DNA of 64,000 nucleotides from an uncultured Dehalococcoidia bacterium (GTDB lineage Bacteria; Chloroflexota; Dehalococcoidia; Lucifugimonadales; UBA3495), in assembly GCA_950072105.1 (NCBI GenBank), contig CATMOE010000005.1, positions 41,879-105,878 on the forward strand. Reading direction: 5' to 3'. Made by a program: the position numbers and the translations under genes. The first letter of the stretch is position 1. Each line of letters begins with the position of its first letter. Under the pieces are notes generated by a model. The model was not told where the DNA came from. It did not search any database and worked only from the letters and a program-made list of their open reading frames with translations. Positions 18,730 through 28,759 of the stretch are shown here, piece by piece.

Positions 18730-20205
18730 ATGACTGAACCCATAGAAAAAGAAGTTCGGCGCCGGGTGTACCCGCTGGACGCTCATGAATTGACCGAAGA
18801 GCAGATCGCGGTGGCCTTCGCCATGACATCCCGCCGCCCGGAGCCCTTCGACGAGATCGCAGAGCAGGTGAGCCAGGAGAAGGCAGCCGACTTTCATGAG
18901 AGATGGGTGGTGGGCTACGGCCACGCTTCGGTGGCGGAGCACGCCGTGCTACATCTGGCGGTGGAGGATATCTCCCGCTTGGCTTGCGACACGCTGGAAG
19001 ATAACCGGCTGGCATCGTACACCGAAAAGTCGTCTAGATATCAGCTTCTACCCTCCGGCTATTTTTTCCATCCTCCTGAACTGGCAAACGAACCGGCCTT
19101 GGCCCAAGCGTTTGCCGATGCCTGCCGGGAGTTATTCCAGGTTTATCATCGATTGGTGGAAGGTTGCGTAGATCACTTGCGCGGAGCCCATCCCAAGAGG
19201 GAACGGGAGCGGTACTCTGCTTATAACCTTCGGTTGCAGAGGGATGCCACCGATAGCTGCCGAGCCGTCCTTCCGGCGGCCACTCTGACCAACGTTGGCG
19301 TGACCGCCAACGCCCGGGTGCTGGAGCATGCCATCTCCAAGCTGATGTCGTCGGAACTGGCGGAGGAGCGAGACCTGGGGAGTGAGCTTCGCGAACAGGG
19401 CCAAAAAATTGCTCCAACGTTGATCAAGTATGCTGAGCCAAACACCTACCTGGCGGAGATGCCCGAAGTCCAGAGGTCGCAAACAAGCCAGTTTGTGGGG
19501 GAGCCAAGCTCTCGCGACGTCCGGGAGGGTGGTGACGGTTCTGGAGCGCACCTGAAGGTCCGCTTGATCGCCTGCACCGGCCAAGCAGAGGAAAAACTAG
19601 CCGCGGCCTTGTTATACCGCCAGTCAGGCCTGCCCTACGATGAGATATGGCGGCGGGTGTTGGATATGGACGCTGAGGACCGGCAGCAAATCATCCAGAA
19701 GTGCGTTACCGGCATGGGTCCCCACGACGCTCCGGTGCGCGAGTTCGAGATGGTGGATTATACCTACGAATACTTGATGGATTACGGGGCGTACCGGGAG
19801 TTTAAGCGCCACCGCATGCAAACATATATTCCCCAGTCGCTAACCACGGCTAACGGATTCGGCGTACCGGAATTGCTGGTCCAAGCTGGTCTGAACGGCC
19901 AGTTTATTGGCGCCATCGAACAGGCGGAAGAGGCTTACCGGCAGGTTTTCGAGTTCTCCCCCGTGGTGGCCCAGTATCTAGTGACCCACGCTCACTACCG
20001 CCGGGTGCTATCCAAGCTGAATCTGAGGGAGTGTTACCACCTGTTCAAGCTAAGGACATCGGGATTGGCCCACTTTGCGATACGAGAGCCGATGATTGAA
20101 GCAATGAAACTGGCGGTGAAAGCTCATCCGGGACTTTTCCGGGGCTTGCAATTGAGGGATTATCCGGAGTGGTGGGAAACCGCCACGGGCAAAACTGCAG
20201 AGTGA
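18730..20205 (+). CDS. thyX: FAD-dependent thymidylate synthase, long two-domain ThyX form
   Basis: GYGHASVAEHA, YTEKSSRY, D.CRAVLP..T.TN; the second half has YREFKRHR and NLRE..H..KLR. Confidence 0.85.
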   Translation: MTEPIEKEVRRRVYPLDAHELTEEQIAVAFAMTSRRPEPFDEIAEQVSQEKAADFHERWVVGYGHASVAEHAVLHLAVEDISRLACDTLEDNRLASYTEKSSRYQLLPSGYFFHPPELANEPALAQAFADACRELFQVYHRLVEGCVDHLRGAHPKRERERYSAYNLRLQRDATDSCRAVLPAATLTNVGVTANARVLEHAISKLMSSELAEERDLGSELREQGQKIAPTLIKYAEPNTYLAEMPEVQRSQTSQFVGEPSSRDVREGGDGSGAHLKVRLIACTGQAEEKLAAALLYRQSGLPYDEIWRRVLDMDAEDRQQIIQKCVTGMGPHDAPVREFEMVDYTYEYLMDYGAYREFKRHRMQTYIPQSLTTANGFGVPELLVQAGLNGQFIGAIEQAEEAYRQVFEFSPVVAQYLVTHAHYRRVLSKLNLRECYHLFKLRTSGLAHFAIREPMIEAMKLAVKAHPGLFRGLQLRDYPEWWETATGKTAE

Positions 20206-20274
20206 TTCGGGCAACCTGACGGCAGGACAATCAGGAGCTTGAGCAGTGTCGGCAGTCGCCGCTGGGCAAGTTTG

Positions 20275-20370
20275 TTAGGGGTCTGAACAATCCCGCGTGT
20301 AGCCGCAGTTGAGGCAGATAATCTTGCACTTCTGTTCCATCATGTGGCCGCCGCAGATGTCGCAGACCAA
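20275..20370 (-). CDS. Tiny Cys-rich zinc-finger protein (about 31 aa), not in the ORF track
   Basis: MVCDICGGHMMEQKCKIICLNCGYTRDCSDP* with two CxxCG knuckles. TTG start; alternative GTG/TTG starts lie up to 20406. Confidence 0.75.
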   Translation of the reverse strand: MVCDICGGHMMEQKCKIICLNCGYTRDCSDP

Positions 20371-20516
20371 TAGAAAGAGGGTCACTCCCAACACGTTCAC
20401 CCACACCCTTCACCGAGGAGTTGGCGCAAGTATACCAGGAGAACGGGCGGAGGGCCAAAGCGCGAATATCCACCGCTCTGGACGATTGAAAGACCCTTGG
20501 ACCGGGTCTGCTGTGG

Positions 20517-21374
20517 CTACCGCGCAACCTTATGGGACACGATCTGGCCTTCCAGAACCATGTCCCCGCGGCCGGGCACCGGGTCTGAAGACGGAGCAGG
20601 GGTCAGCCGAACCATGTCGAACTCGAATAACGGCTCGGGCGGGTGCAGGGTCACCGCTCCCCAACCCTTGGAATCGACCTTTAGCTGGCCGGCCCACATG
20701 CTTTGACCTTGTCTGACCAACCAGACGTCGTAGCTGGAGGGCGGTTCCAACTCCCGCATTCCAGTTACCATGAGCATGGCTCGGCGCCCGTCATCGGCTA
20801 CCAGAAGGATGCCGCCGGAGTTACCGGAATCATTGGGAGATTCCAGGATAACGTCGGTGCTCTCTGTTTCAGCTAGAAAATCGCTGGCGGCACGGAGTTC
20901 GTTCAGGCGGTCCATGACTTGAGACTCTTGAGCCGCCAATTTCCCCCATCGAGTCAGCACGGCGCTTTCGCGCTGCAGATTTTCTACACGGGAGGAAAGG
21001 ATAGTGCTTACGTACACGCTGTACGAAAGTAATCCCAAAACCAGGACTGCGGCCAGAGGCATCAAGACTTTGGACAGGGAGCCGGTCCAGCCTCGGGAGG
21101 CAGTGGTTTTTGCCGGGGTGGTGATCTCCACGCCCGTCCCCGGTAGGGATCTCATAATCCGAGCCTGCAATGAAGCGGGCGGTTGGAGACGGTCTACCGA
21201 TTCCCCAATCAAGGCCGCCGAGGATTGCATGAGGGCCACGGTTGTCCGGCATTGGTAGCATCCCGACATGTGGAATTCAACCAGAACCGCTTCTTCCTGG
21301 TCCAGGATATCCAAGGCGTAGGCGCCCAATTGCTCTTCAGGGTGTTGTTCATTGTTTGAATCAGTCGTTAACAT
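20517..21374 (-). CDS. Anti-sigma factor, RskA-like (zinc-finger HxxxCxxC, TM helix, extracytoplasmic domain)
   Basis: LGAYALDIL, HMSGCYQC, PP..L..RI, a TM segment and YDVWLV; overlaps the sigma gene. Confidence 0.88.
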   Translation of the reverse strand: MLTTDSNNEQHPEEQLGAYALDILDQEEAVLVEFHMSGCYQCRTTVALMQSSAALIGESVDRLQPPASLQARIMRSLPGTGVEITTPAKTTASRGWTGSLSKVLMPLAAVLVLGLLSYSVYVSTILSSRVENLQRESAVLTRWGKLAAQESQVMDRLNELRAASDFLAETESTDVILESPNDSGNSGGILLVADDGRRAMLMVTGMRELEPPSSYDVWLVRQGQSMWAGQLKVDSKGWGAVTLHPPEPLFEFDMVRLTPAPSSDPVPGRGDMVLEGQIVSHKVAR

Positions 21375-21957
21375 CGCCTTCTAGTACCAACCTTAGCTTT
21401 TGCATCGCCAACCGCACTCTGGTCTTGACCGTCCCCAGAGGCTGCTTTAGAATCTCCGCCATTTCTGACTGGGTGTATCCCTCGAAGTAAGCCATCATGA
21501 TTACTTGCCGCTGCGGAGGCGGCAGGGTGGCCACGGCTTTCAAGATTCGTTCCCGCTCAATATTCCTTTCAACTTCCTCTTCGGTGGAGATTTGGGCCGA
21601 TGGCAACAATTCCAGAGTTTCGTAGCCGTCGGGGTCCATAGCCGCCAGTGTCCGGCGTCTGGCCCGAATCACGTCCACAATCTTGTGGTGAGCCACGCTC
21701 ATGATCCAAGCCCGTGGTTCGCCCCGGTCGGTTTTATAGCTGGATGCCTTCAGCCAAATGTTCAGAAATATGTCTTGAGTAGCTTCTTCGGCCAGGGCCT
21801 CCTGTTTGAGCATGTACATGGCCAGGGAATAGACCGACGACCCATATCTGGTGTAAATAGCTTCCAGCGCGCCCTTATCTTCGAGGGTCACCTGATGCAT
21901 GAGCTGGTGATCGTCGTATTCTTGGTAGTCGACCACCTTGCTATGCCCCCGGACCAT
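21361..21957 (-). CDS. ECF RNA polymerase sigma factor (SigK-like)
   Basis: AEEATQDIFLNIW, AWIMSVAHHK and YFEGYTQSE.A..LKQPLGTVKTRVR. Start uncertain. Confidence 0.93.
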   Translation of the reverse strand: MVRGHSKVVDYQEYDDHQLMHQVTLEDKGALEAIYTRYGSSVYSLAMYMLKQEALAEEATQDIFLNIWLKASSYKTDRGEPRAWIMSVAHHKIVDVIRARRRTLAAMDPDGYETLELLPSAQISTEEEVERNIERERILKAVATLPPPQRQVIMMAYFEGYTQSEMAEILKQPLGTVKTRVRLAMQKLRLVLEGDVND

Positions 21958-22306
21958 TGGAGAGCGCCCCCTTAAATAGGAATACGCCGCTGGGGGCAAT
22001 ATGGATTTCGCTAATATTGACCGAGGCCAAATTAATTACATCACGGACCTCGGTCCCTGATTCGATTCCTGAATTTGCCGGTCTGCGAGGCGTCCTTTCG
22101 AGCGCCCCGGTACCTGACCAGATATGTGTCGGCAAACCGGTTCTCCTCTTGATGGATATGTCCGTGTATTGCTTTCGGGGTAGGGAGGACCTTGTGGTTG
22201 CCATGATTAGATGCAAATTAAATATGCGGGATTATAACATAACCCACGAAAATCAAGCCGGAAACGTAAGTGTGCGGTTTGAAGCGGTTTAGGCTTGCTG
22301 AGCGGG

Positions 22307-23671
22307 CTAGATCACCATGCTGTCAAAGAGAGAGTCAAGGTTCGGGGCATCGTCCAATCCCCATACTTGCTCCAAGACCCGGTCACACTGCTTTGCGGAG
22401 ACTACATCGGCGGCCAAACCGCGGAATTTGGCTTCTACTTGCCTATCGTCCAAAGGATTGTGGCGGTGACCCTTGGGGTAGCGGGTATGGGCCTCATAAA
22501 TCTTTCCAGCGTCGTCGGTGACCTGTATGCGGCAGTTGAATTCTTCCGGATATCTGGTGGTGAAGTCAGGAATCTCTTCCATGGTGAACTTTGCCATGAG
22601 GGTGCGGAGCGCCGGGTCATGGATACGTTCGCTGGTGAAGGACCCGGCGTCCACGCTGCCGTATCGCAAGGCAACGGCCACCAGGTACGGGATGCTATGG
22701 TCGGCGGTCTCACGGGTCTTGGGGTCCCACTTCTGCGGTTCGGTGGCGGGTGAGCTAACGGCCCCGTCGTAGGATTGGATGAGAACCGACGTTATCTTCT
22801 CCGGGGAAACCTGGGGGTGTAATTCCAGGGCCACGCCGATGGGCGCCTGGGTGTGGATCTGAGAAGGATAGGACTTGAAGGTGGTTTCCAGGATGCGGAA
22901 ATCGTCGCTGCCTCGGCTCTTTTGGAAGGATGGGATGTTGACAGTATTCCCCAGTGCTTGCTCCCACAATCCCCGGCGTCCCTCAAAGGGCTCGTTTGGT
23001 CCGGTCATGCCCTGTTGCGCCAGTTGGGCGGCGAAGATCCCCGCCCTGGTGGCGGTGGCGGTGGCGCACCCTTTCCACATGGACAGCTCGCCGGTGCGTG
23101 TAACTCCCAGGGGCAGGTTAGGGGCTATCGCCAGGGATATGGCATGCCCCATCTGTTCTTGGTTCAACCCCAAGAGTTTCCCGGCGGCGCAGGTGGCTCC
23201 GATGATGGAGAACATTCCCTGGTCCCAGCCAAATTCGCCGGTAACCACTTCATCGCTCAACCGGCAGAACACTTCGTAGGCCAGAGCGATGGCGGTAATC
23301 ACGCTGCGGCCATCGCTTTCCGTGGGGCCGCCCAGGGCCAATGCCGCCGGAATCATGTCGCTGGGGTGGCCGCCTCCAGGCGAGAAATACGAGTCGTTGC
23401 AGTCTAGATAACGGACCATCACGCCGTTGGCGAATCCGGCCATGTCCGGAGAGCTGTATAACTGAGTCCCCAATATCCGCGAGGGAGTCGAGCTGGTGAC
23501 GGACCCGGCCAAAGTCCTGGCTATCGTTGCTGGTTCGGAATGGAAGCCGCCCACGGCGCAACCCAGGGTATCCACCACGGTGCGCTTGATCTGGTGGACC
23601 ACCCGGGGGCTCAGGTCTTCGTATTCAAGGCCGTAGGCGAAGGAACTTAATAGCTCGGTGGTTTGGTCCAT
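22307..23671 (-). CDS. MmgE/PrpD family protein (2-methylcitrate dehydratase-like)
   Basis: VRYLDCND, GGHPSD, GELSMWKG, RETADHSIPY and PKGH..NPL. Confidence 0.93.
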   Translation of the reverse strand: MDQTTELLSSFAYGLEYEDLSPRVVHQIKRTVVDTLGCAVGGFHSEPATIARTLAGSVTSSTPSRILGTQLYSSPDMAGFANGVMVRYLDCNDSYFSPGGGHPSDMIPAALALGGPTESDGRSVITAIALAYEVFCRLSDEVVTGEFGWDQGMFSIIGATCAAGKLLGLNQEQMGHAISLAIAPNLPLGVTRTGELSMWKGCATATATRAGIFAAQLAQQGMTGPNEPFEGRRGLWEQALGNTVNIPSFQKSRGSDDFRILETTFKSYPSQIHTQAPIGVALELHPQVSPEKITSVLIQSYDGAVSSPATEPQKWDPKTRETADHSIPYLVAVALRYGSVDAGSFTSERIHDPALRTLMAKFTMEEIPDFTTRYPEEFNCRIQVTDDAGKIYEAHTRYPKGHRHNPLDDRQVEAKFRGLAADVVSAKQCDRVLEQVWGLDDAPNLDSLFDSMVI

Positions 23672-23697
23672 TTGTGGCTCTCCTTGTGGACGGGGGG

Positions 23698-23797
23698 AAT
23701 CCCCCCAACTCCCCTTTACGAAAGGGGGGCTAGATTTCCATTGACTTCGCTTTTTTAGGGGAGGCTAGAAATCCCCCAACCCCCTGTAGGAAAGGGG
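23698..23797. repeat. Two tandem REP-like palindromic units
   Basis: aatccccccaactcccctttacgaaaggggggc and aatcccccaaccccctgtaggaaagggg. Confidence 0.7.
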
Positions 23798-23810
23798 TGC
23801 TCGCTGGTAG

Positions 23811-24656
23811 TTAGCGCAGGACGGCTTCGGCGATGCGCTCCAATTGGTCGCCCATTTCATCTTCCGTGTCGCAGTGCTCCGGACGGATCACTACCCGGTT
23901 GGCTCCGGCGTTGATCAGGGATCGTAGGGCCGTTCGATCGGGGTCTTGGCCGTAAACCGTTATCGTAAGTGACGCAGGGTCCCGGCCCGCCTCTTCGGCC
24001 ATGGCATCCAGCTTGGCCCGGCTTTCCTCGATCTGGGCGGGGGTGACCCGGTTGGGCAGCCAGCCGTCGGCGTGGGCCACCACCCGGCTCAGCACATTCT
24101 TGGCCATTCCGCCGAGGAGTATGGGCGGGTGGGGTTTTTGGATGGGTTTGGGGTAGGACCTGACGAGAGGGAAGTCGAAGTACCTTCCGTGATACTCGGC
24201 TTCCTCTTTGGTCCAGAGTTCCTTCATGACCTCGATAGCTTCACGGGTCTGGGTCCAGCGGTGGTCGAAGTCGCCGCCCATCAACTCGGTTTCTTCCCTG
24301 AGCCAACCGGTGCCGATGCCGAATACGAACCGGCCGCCGCTAACCCGGTCCAAAACGGCGATCTCTTTGGCCAAGAGGAGGGGGTTACGTTCGGGCACCA
24401 ACGTGATACCGGTGCACAATTTGATGGTGCTGGTCACCCCCGACGCACGGGCCAGAGCGATATACGGGTCGGTGAAGTGGGAATAGTTTTCGGGGATCGC
24501 GCCGCCGGTGGACGGAAAGGGGCTGTCGCTGTGGACCGGCACGGCGGGATGTTCTGCGTACCAGATCGACTCAAAACCCAACTCCTCGGCTTTTTTGGCG
24601 ATGAAAGCGGGGTCTAGGGTGTAGGCCGGTAGAGGTATCGAAGTTCCAATGTCCAT
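23811..24656 (-). CDS. LLM-class (luciferase-like) oxidoreductase, probably F420-dependent
   Basis: AEELGFESIWYAEH, DPYIALA, LAKEIAVLDRVSGGRF.FGIG.GW..EE and PKPIQKPHPPI. Confidence 0.93.
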   Translation of the reverse strand: MDIGTSIPLPAYTLDPAFIAKKAEELGFESIWYAEHPAVPVHSDSPFPSTGGAIPENYSHFTDPYIALARASGVTSTIKLCTGITLVPERNPLLLAKEIAVLDRVSGGRFVFGIGTGWLREETELMGGDFDHRWTQTREAIEVMKELWTKEEAEYHGRYFDFPLVRSYPKPIQKPHPPILLGGMAKNVLSRVVAHADGWLPNRVTPAQIEESRAKLDAMAEEAGRDPASLTITVYGQDPDRTALRSLINAGANRVVIRPEHCDTEDEMGDQLERIAEAVLR

Positions 24657-24728
24657 GCGGAGTTCCTCCTTGATCGGCTTCTCTCTTACGTCAGGTTCAG
24701 GTAAAACTTAGATAATCATGTCCGATGG

Positions 24729-27700
24729 CTATTCTTCATCCAAATCATCGGGCGGATCGCCACCGGTGAAGCCCCGCCACCAGGTCTGAAAGTTGTCCTC
24801 ACCGTATTTGTCCCGCAGGGAGGCCAGGTGGGCTTTGGCTGGAGCCAGGGCCGACAGCTGGTGTTCCGTCGCCAGACCGTGAGCCCGGGTTGCCCACTCC
24901 AGAGCTCCAGGCAAGTCGCCACGGTCTTCCGCCACTTTCCCCAATTGGCCGTAGGTGCGGGCGGTACGGTCAACATCTCGGACCTGTTCAAAGTTTTCCC
25001 TGGCACGTTGGTACCACTGCTCAGCGTCATCCAGAAGGTTTTGCTCATGAAATAGGACGCCCAGTTGGCGGCATTCGTCTCCAGCGCCCCGCCGGTCGCC
25101 CATCTCATCCCGTTTTTCCAGAGCCAATTCGAACCACTCTTGAGCCATCTCATAGAGCAATCCCCGGGCCTGGGATAGAAGGCCCAAGTAGTGGAACTCA
25201 ACGGCCATCTGAGACTGCAAGCCCAACCGGTGGGACAGACCCAAGGACTGCTGGTACCAACTTTCCGCTTCTTCGAACATATAACGGGCGTGGAATACGG
25301 TGCCCAGTTCATGGTAAACCAGGACAACCATTTCCTCATCCCGGTTTTCTTCCAAGATGGCCTGAGCTCGGCGGTACCAGCTTTCCGCTTCGTCGTACTC
25401 AAACTTGAATTGGGAGGCCAGGCCCAAGGCTCGGAAGTCTTTGACCAGTTCTTCCGGGTCTTGCAGCCTCTGATGGACCTCCAATGCTTTGCTGAACCAC
25501 TCTTTCGCTTCGGTGTAATAACGCTGATGTTGCTTCACCTGGCCGATGCAGTAGTAATCGTCGGCGGTGGACGCTTCGTCTTCGCCTATCTCGATAATGG
25601 CCAGGGACTTTTGGTACCACTCTGACGCGTCATCCAAGTGCCACCGATGCTGTTCCAGAACGCCCATCTGATGGTAAACGGCGGCTGCCCGTGGGTCAGT
25701 CTCTTTGTCGGGTAAAGACTCCAGGTAATCCATCATTTGTTGGTTCAGGTCTTGCGCGTATTCCAGGTTAAGCTGCTCGGTGGCTTCACTGGATTCGGTG
25801 CCCAATAGATACAGCCACAGGTCAATCGCGCCTTTGGAATCGGCTTCTGTGGCGCCGTTGCCCTCGGGGACGATGTCTTGAAGCAACTGGCGGCGCAGGC
25901 GGCGCAGTTCGGGGTACCGCTTTTGCATCCGGTACACCTGGGCCAACGGTTGGACCAAAACCTGGGCCGCATCCCACTGGTGGTCTTCCAGAGCCAGACC
26001 TAGCGCCTGGGTCAGGTTGCCCTCCTCGGCCAGGACCGCCATGGTCCCGGATTCCTGGTTCTCATACAGGGTTTCCATAAAGTAGTCGGCGGTATCCGCG
26101 TAAACCCGAACGAACTCCTGCTCCAACTGGCGGATGGCGGCAGGGGAGAGTTGTTGGTTGATCTGGCGTCCGTAGAACCAGGGCAAGGTGGGATGAATCT
26201 GGTAGACGCTTGGTGTGACCGATTGAATGAATCCCGCGTCCCGGGCGGACCGCAGCAAGGTCCGGCAAGCGCCCCAGCCCAGTTCCTCGCCCATGACGGT
26301 GTGGTAGGCTCGCTCCTGGGTGATGTGAGTCAGGATGTCCAACATGACCCGCTGCTGGAACATGGACAGGAAGGGTAGATGGGTCCGGCTGCGGCGGGGC
26401 ATCCGCGAGAATGATTGGTCCATGATGGCAGTCAGGAATGGGTCGCGGCCGGGCTCCATGGACGACTGGTCCAGCTCTTCCACGCGAGTCCGTATCTCTT
26501 CCAGAATCACCGAGGCTGGCACTTCTTTAAGCAGAGGAAGGACTATCTGCATCGCCAGCGGATGTCCCTCGATGAGGTCCAGTAGCTCAAGGTAGGCGAG
26601 GCCCAGTTGGTTGTCGGCCTGGTTGCCGGGAGTGAGATCGGACGGTCCGGTACTTTCCTGAATCTTGCAGGCTAACTCCATCCGGTCACCCTGGCTCGGG
26701 GGAGGGAGTTGGTAGGAGTGGTGGGGAACTGACAGCCAGGGTTCCTCCGGACGGCGGGTGACCAAAAGTGCCCAGGATCGGCCCCCGTCGATAGCCTCGG
26801 CCAAAAATGCGTCCAGTTCCGCCAGTTCGGCCTGGTCCAACATTCCCGAGACGTCCTCACCCGGGTTTCCACCGGCGTGCTGCAGGGCGTCCCAGATGAT
26901 CAGCGACGGTTGCTCTCTCAGATAATCCACCACCCATTGGCGTTGGTCGGGACCGGACATGTCGGCGAAAGACAACCCGGCGACCGAGGTGCCAATCTCG
27001 TGTACGACACGTTCCAGTCCCGCTCCTATGTGGAAAGTCGTGTAAAAGACCCCACCAGGGCGAGCGCCGGTTTTTTGCAGCCATCGGGCTAGACCCAGCG
27101 CCAACTCCGTCTTGCCGGCGCCAGTGTTTGCGCTCATTAAGACCACCGGTTGGCGTTGGAACGTTCGCTCCAGTTGGCGAAGCTCGGCGCGCCGCCCAAC
27201 CAAACCGTAAGGGCCTCCTTGAGGTAGTTGCTGGTCGAGCTCGGCCCCCTCCTCCGGTTGAGACTGGGGCGTCAGGGGCTCAGGTTGCTCAACATGTATG
27301 GTTCCCGGCACGTAACCACGGGATTGATAGACTTGAGGGGCTATCCAGTCCCAGAAGGGCGCTTTGCCGGCGGCGCAGGGCCGTAGCGGCTCTTCCATCA
27401 AGCCCCGCCGGGCCGTCGAGGTTGCGGTGGGTACATCGACCCCCGCCACGATTTGCCGGAATAGCCTGTCTACGAATATCGACCGGGCTGTGGGGGTCAG
27501 CGGTACTGCCACTGAAACCACCAAGGGTACGCCGGCTTCAGACAATTCGGCCGCGGTGTTTGTGGATCGGTCGGGAGACGCGGCGCCGCCGCCGTTGATC
27601 AGGACCATAGGCACGCCGGCCTTCACCAGTAACTCCGCCACTTGAGCCGAGGCTAGTTGGGCCGCGTTCCCATCGTTAGACTCGAGTAGGATTCCGCCGC

Positions 27701-28418
27701 TGGTATTGGACTGGGCGTCGAAATGGACCAAGTGATAATGCCCCGGACTCTGGTCTAATCGGTCGGCAAGGGCATCTAATGTCGGCGGCTGCAGGCAGTC
27801 CAACTGCACCACTACGTCTAACGACTCCATGACCTGCAACGTTTCTGCCGCGATGCTCCCTGCGTCGTCCGGAGAGTCTCCATCTGGGAGACCATCGGCG
27901 GGAGCTGGAGAAACCAAGAGCACGTTAAACTGTTCTTGGCTCAATTCGGTTACGAATGGGTCCATTTGGCCGGACGATGTCCGCCGTAGCATCGATCCGA
28001 ATTGTGCCGGAAGAAACCCTTCCTGCGGGGAGTTGAGCAACTCCCAAGGCAGGCCAAGAAATTCGGGGCGGCCAGATACTATTACCAGTTGGTAGTTCGA
28101 GAATCCTTCTTCCAGGGCGGAAGAGTAAAAGGTCTGGGCGTCCTCGCTGGACTGGAACACGGTCTCGAAAAGTGAACGACCCAAGGCGTGGAATCTTGTT
28201 TCAACCTCACTGGCCCGTGCTTTCGCGTCGCCGAATGGATTCCGCAGGTATTCGTTGAAATACCAGCCGATTTCTGTTGAATCTGAGTCCGTGAGGGGAG
28301 CTTTGAAGGTCACCGGCGAGGCGGTTCGCCTGCCTTGGCTGCTGGTAAGAGCCAACTGTACTTGGCCGGCTTCCGCCAGATCGATTATCTCCAGTATTCT
28401 CTCTTTTTCCTGGGTCAC
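24729..28418 (-). CDS. CHAT-like domain + STAND/NB-ARC-type P-loop NTPase + TPR repeats (NLR-like)
   Basis: CHAT hallmarks LPWELL, VLLVSPAP, PPTLDAL and YHLVHF; FW.WIAP.VY linker; GRRAEL; Walker A ANTGAGKT; Walker B LIIWD; LLVTR; GHPLA; about 8 TPR units. GTG start after AGGAG. Confidence 0.88.
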   Translation of the reverse strand: MTQEKERILEIIDLAEAGQVQLALTSSQGRRTASPVTFKAPLTDSDSTEIGWYFNEYLRNPFGDAKARASEVETRFHALGRSLFETVFQSSEDAQTFYSSALEEGFSNYQLVIVSGRPEFLGLPWELLNSPQEGFLPAQFGSMLRRTSSGQMDPFVTELSQEQFNVLLVSPAPADGLPDGDSPDDAGSIAAETLQVMESLDVVVQLDCLQPPTLDALADRLDQSPGHYHLVHFDAQSNTSGGILLESNDGNAAQLASAQVAELLVKAGVPMVLINGGGAASPDRSTNTAAELSEAGVPLVVSVAVPLTPTARSIFVDRLFRQIVAGVDVPTATSTARRGLMEEPLRPCAAGKAPFWDWIAPQVYQSRGYVPGTIHVEQPEPLTPQSQPEEGAELDQQLPQGGPYGLVGRRAELRQLERTFQRQPVVLMSANTGAGKTELALGLARWLQKTGARPGGVFYTTFHIGAGLERVVHEIGTSVAGLSFADMSGPDQRQWVVDYLREQPSLIIWDALQHAGGNPGEDVSGMLDQAELAELDAFLAEAIDGGRSWALLVTRRPEEPWLSVPHHSYQLPPPSQGDRMELACKIQESTGPSDLTPGNQADNQLGLAYLELLDLIEGHPLAMQIVLPLLKEVPASVILEEIRTRVEELDQSSMEPGRDPFLTAIMDQSFSRMPRRSRTHLPFLSMFQQRVMLDILTHITQERAYHTVMGEELGWGACRTLLRSARDAGFIQSVTPSVYQIHPTLPWFYGRQINQQLSPAAIRQLEQEFVRVYADTADYFMETLYENQESGTMAVLAEEGNLTQALGLALEDHQWDAAQVLVQPLAQVYRMQKRYPELRRLRRQLLQDIVPEGNGATEADSKGAIDLWLYLLGTESSEATEQLNLEYAQDLNQQMMDYLESLPDKETDPRAAAVYHQMGVLEQHRWHLDDASEWYQKSLAIIEIGEDEASTADDYYCIGQVKQHQRYYTEAKEWFSKALEVHQRLQDPEELVKDFRALGLASQFKFEYDEAESWYRRAQAILEENRDEEMVVLVYHELGTVFHARYMFEEAESWYQQSLGLSHRLGLQSQMAVEFHYLGLLSQARGLLYEMAQEWFELALEKRDEMGDRRGAGDECRQLGVLFHEQNLLDDAEQWYQRARENFEQVRDVDRTARTYGQLGKVAEDRGDLPGALEWATRAHGLATEHQLSALAPAKAHLASLRDKYGEDNFQTWWRGFTGGDPPDDLDEE

Positions 28419-28759
28419 TGGATGCTCCTGAGTGGATTGTTCGCAAACCTTCCCATTTCTTGTCAACCAGGTGCGCCTGGGTTAAAATCAGCCCCGTGCC
28501 TGGTGGCAACAGGGTAGGCGGCAGAATATCCGAGGGAATCCTGGCTGTTCGTAGCTGTCGAGGGTCCGCAGCGACCGCCTTATACTACCATCCACCAATC
28601 TGCCCGTCCAACGTTTTCGGTTGGGCCAAACACTCAAGGGGCAGCTATGGGTATCGGTATCCTGATTGAGTGCCGACGAAGAGCTGCCACCAGGGGCAGT
28701 TGGTTAGGGTGAACGGCAAAGCGCAGCTTAAGCGCGAGAATTCTTAAGGAGCGATCCAG

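Noticed and set aside
28660..28700. Hammerhead ribozyme-like CTGATTGAG...CGAA
   Set aside because: The core does not match CUGANGA/GAAA and the supporting stems are missing.
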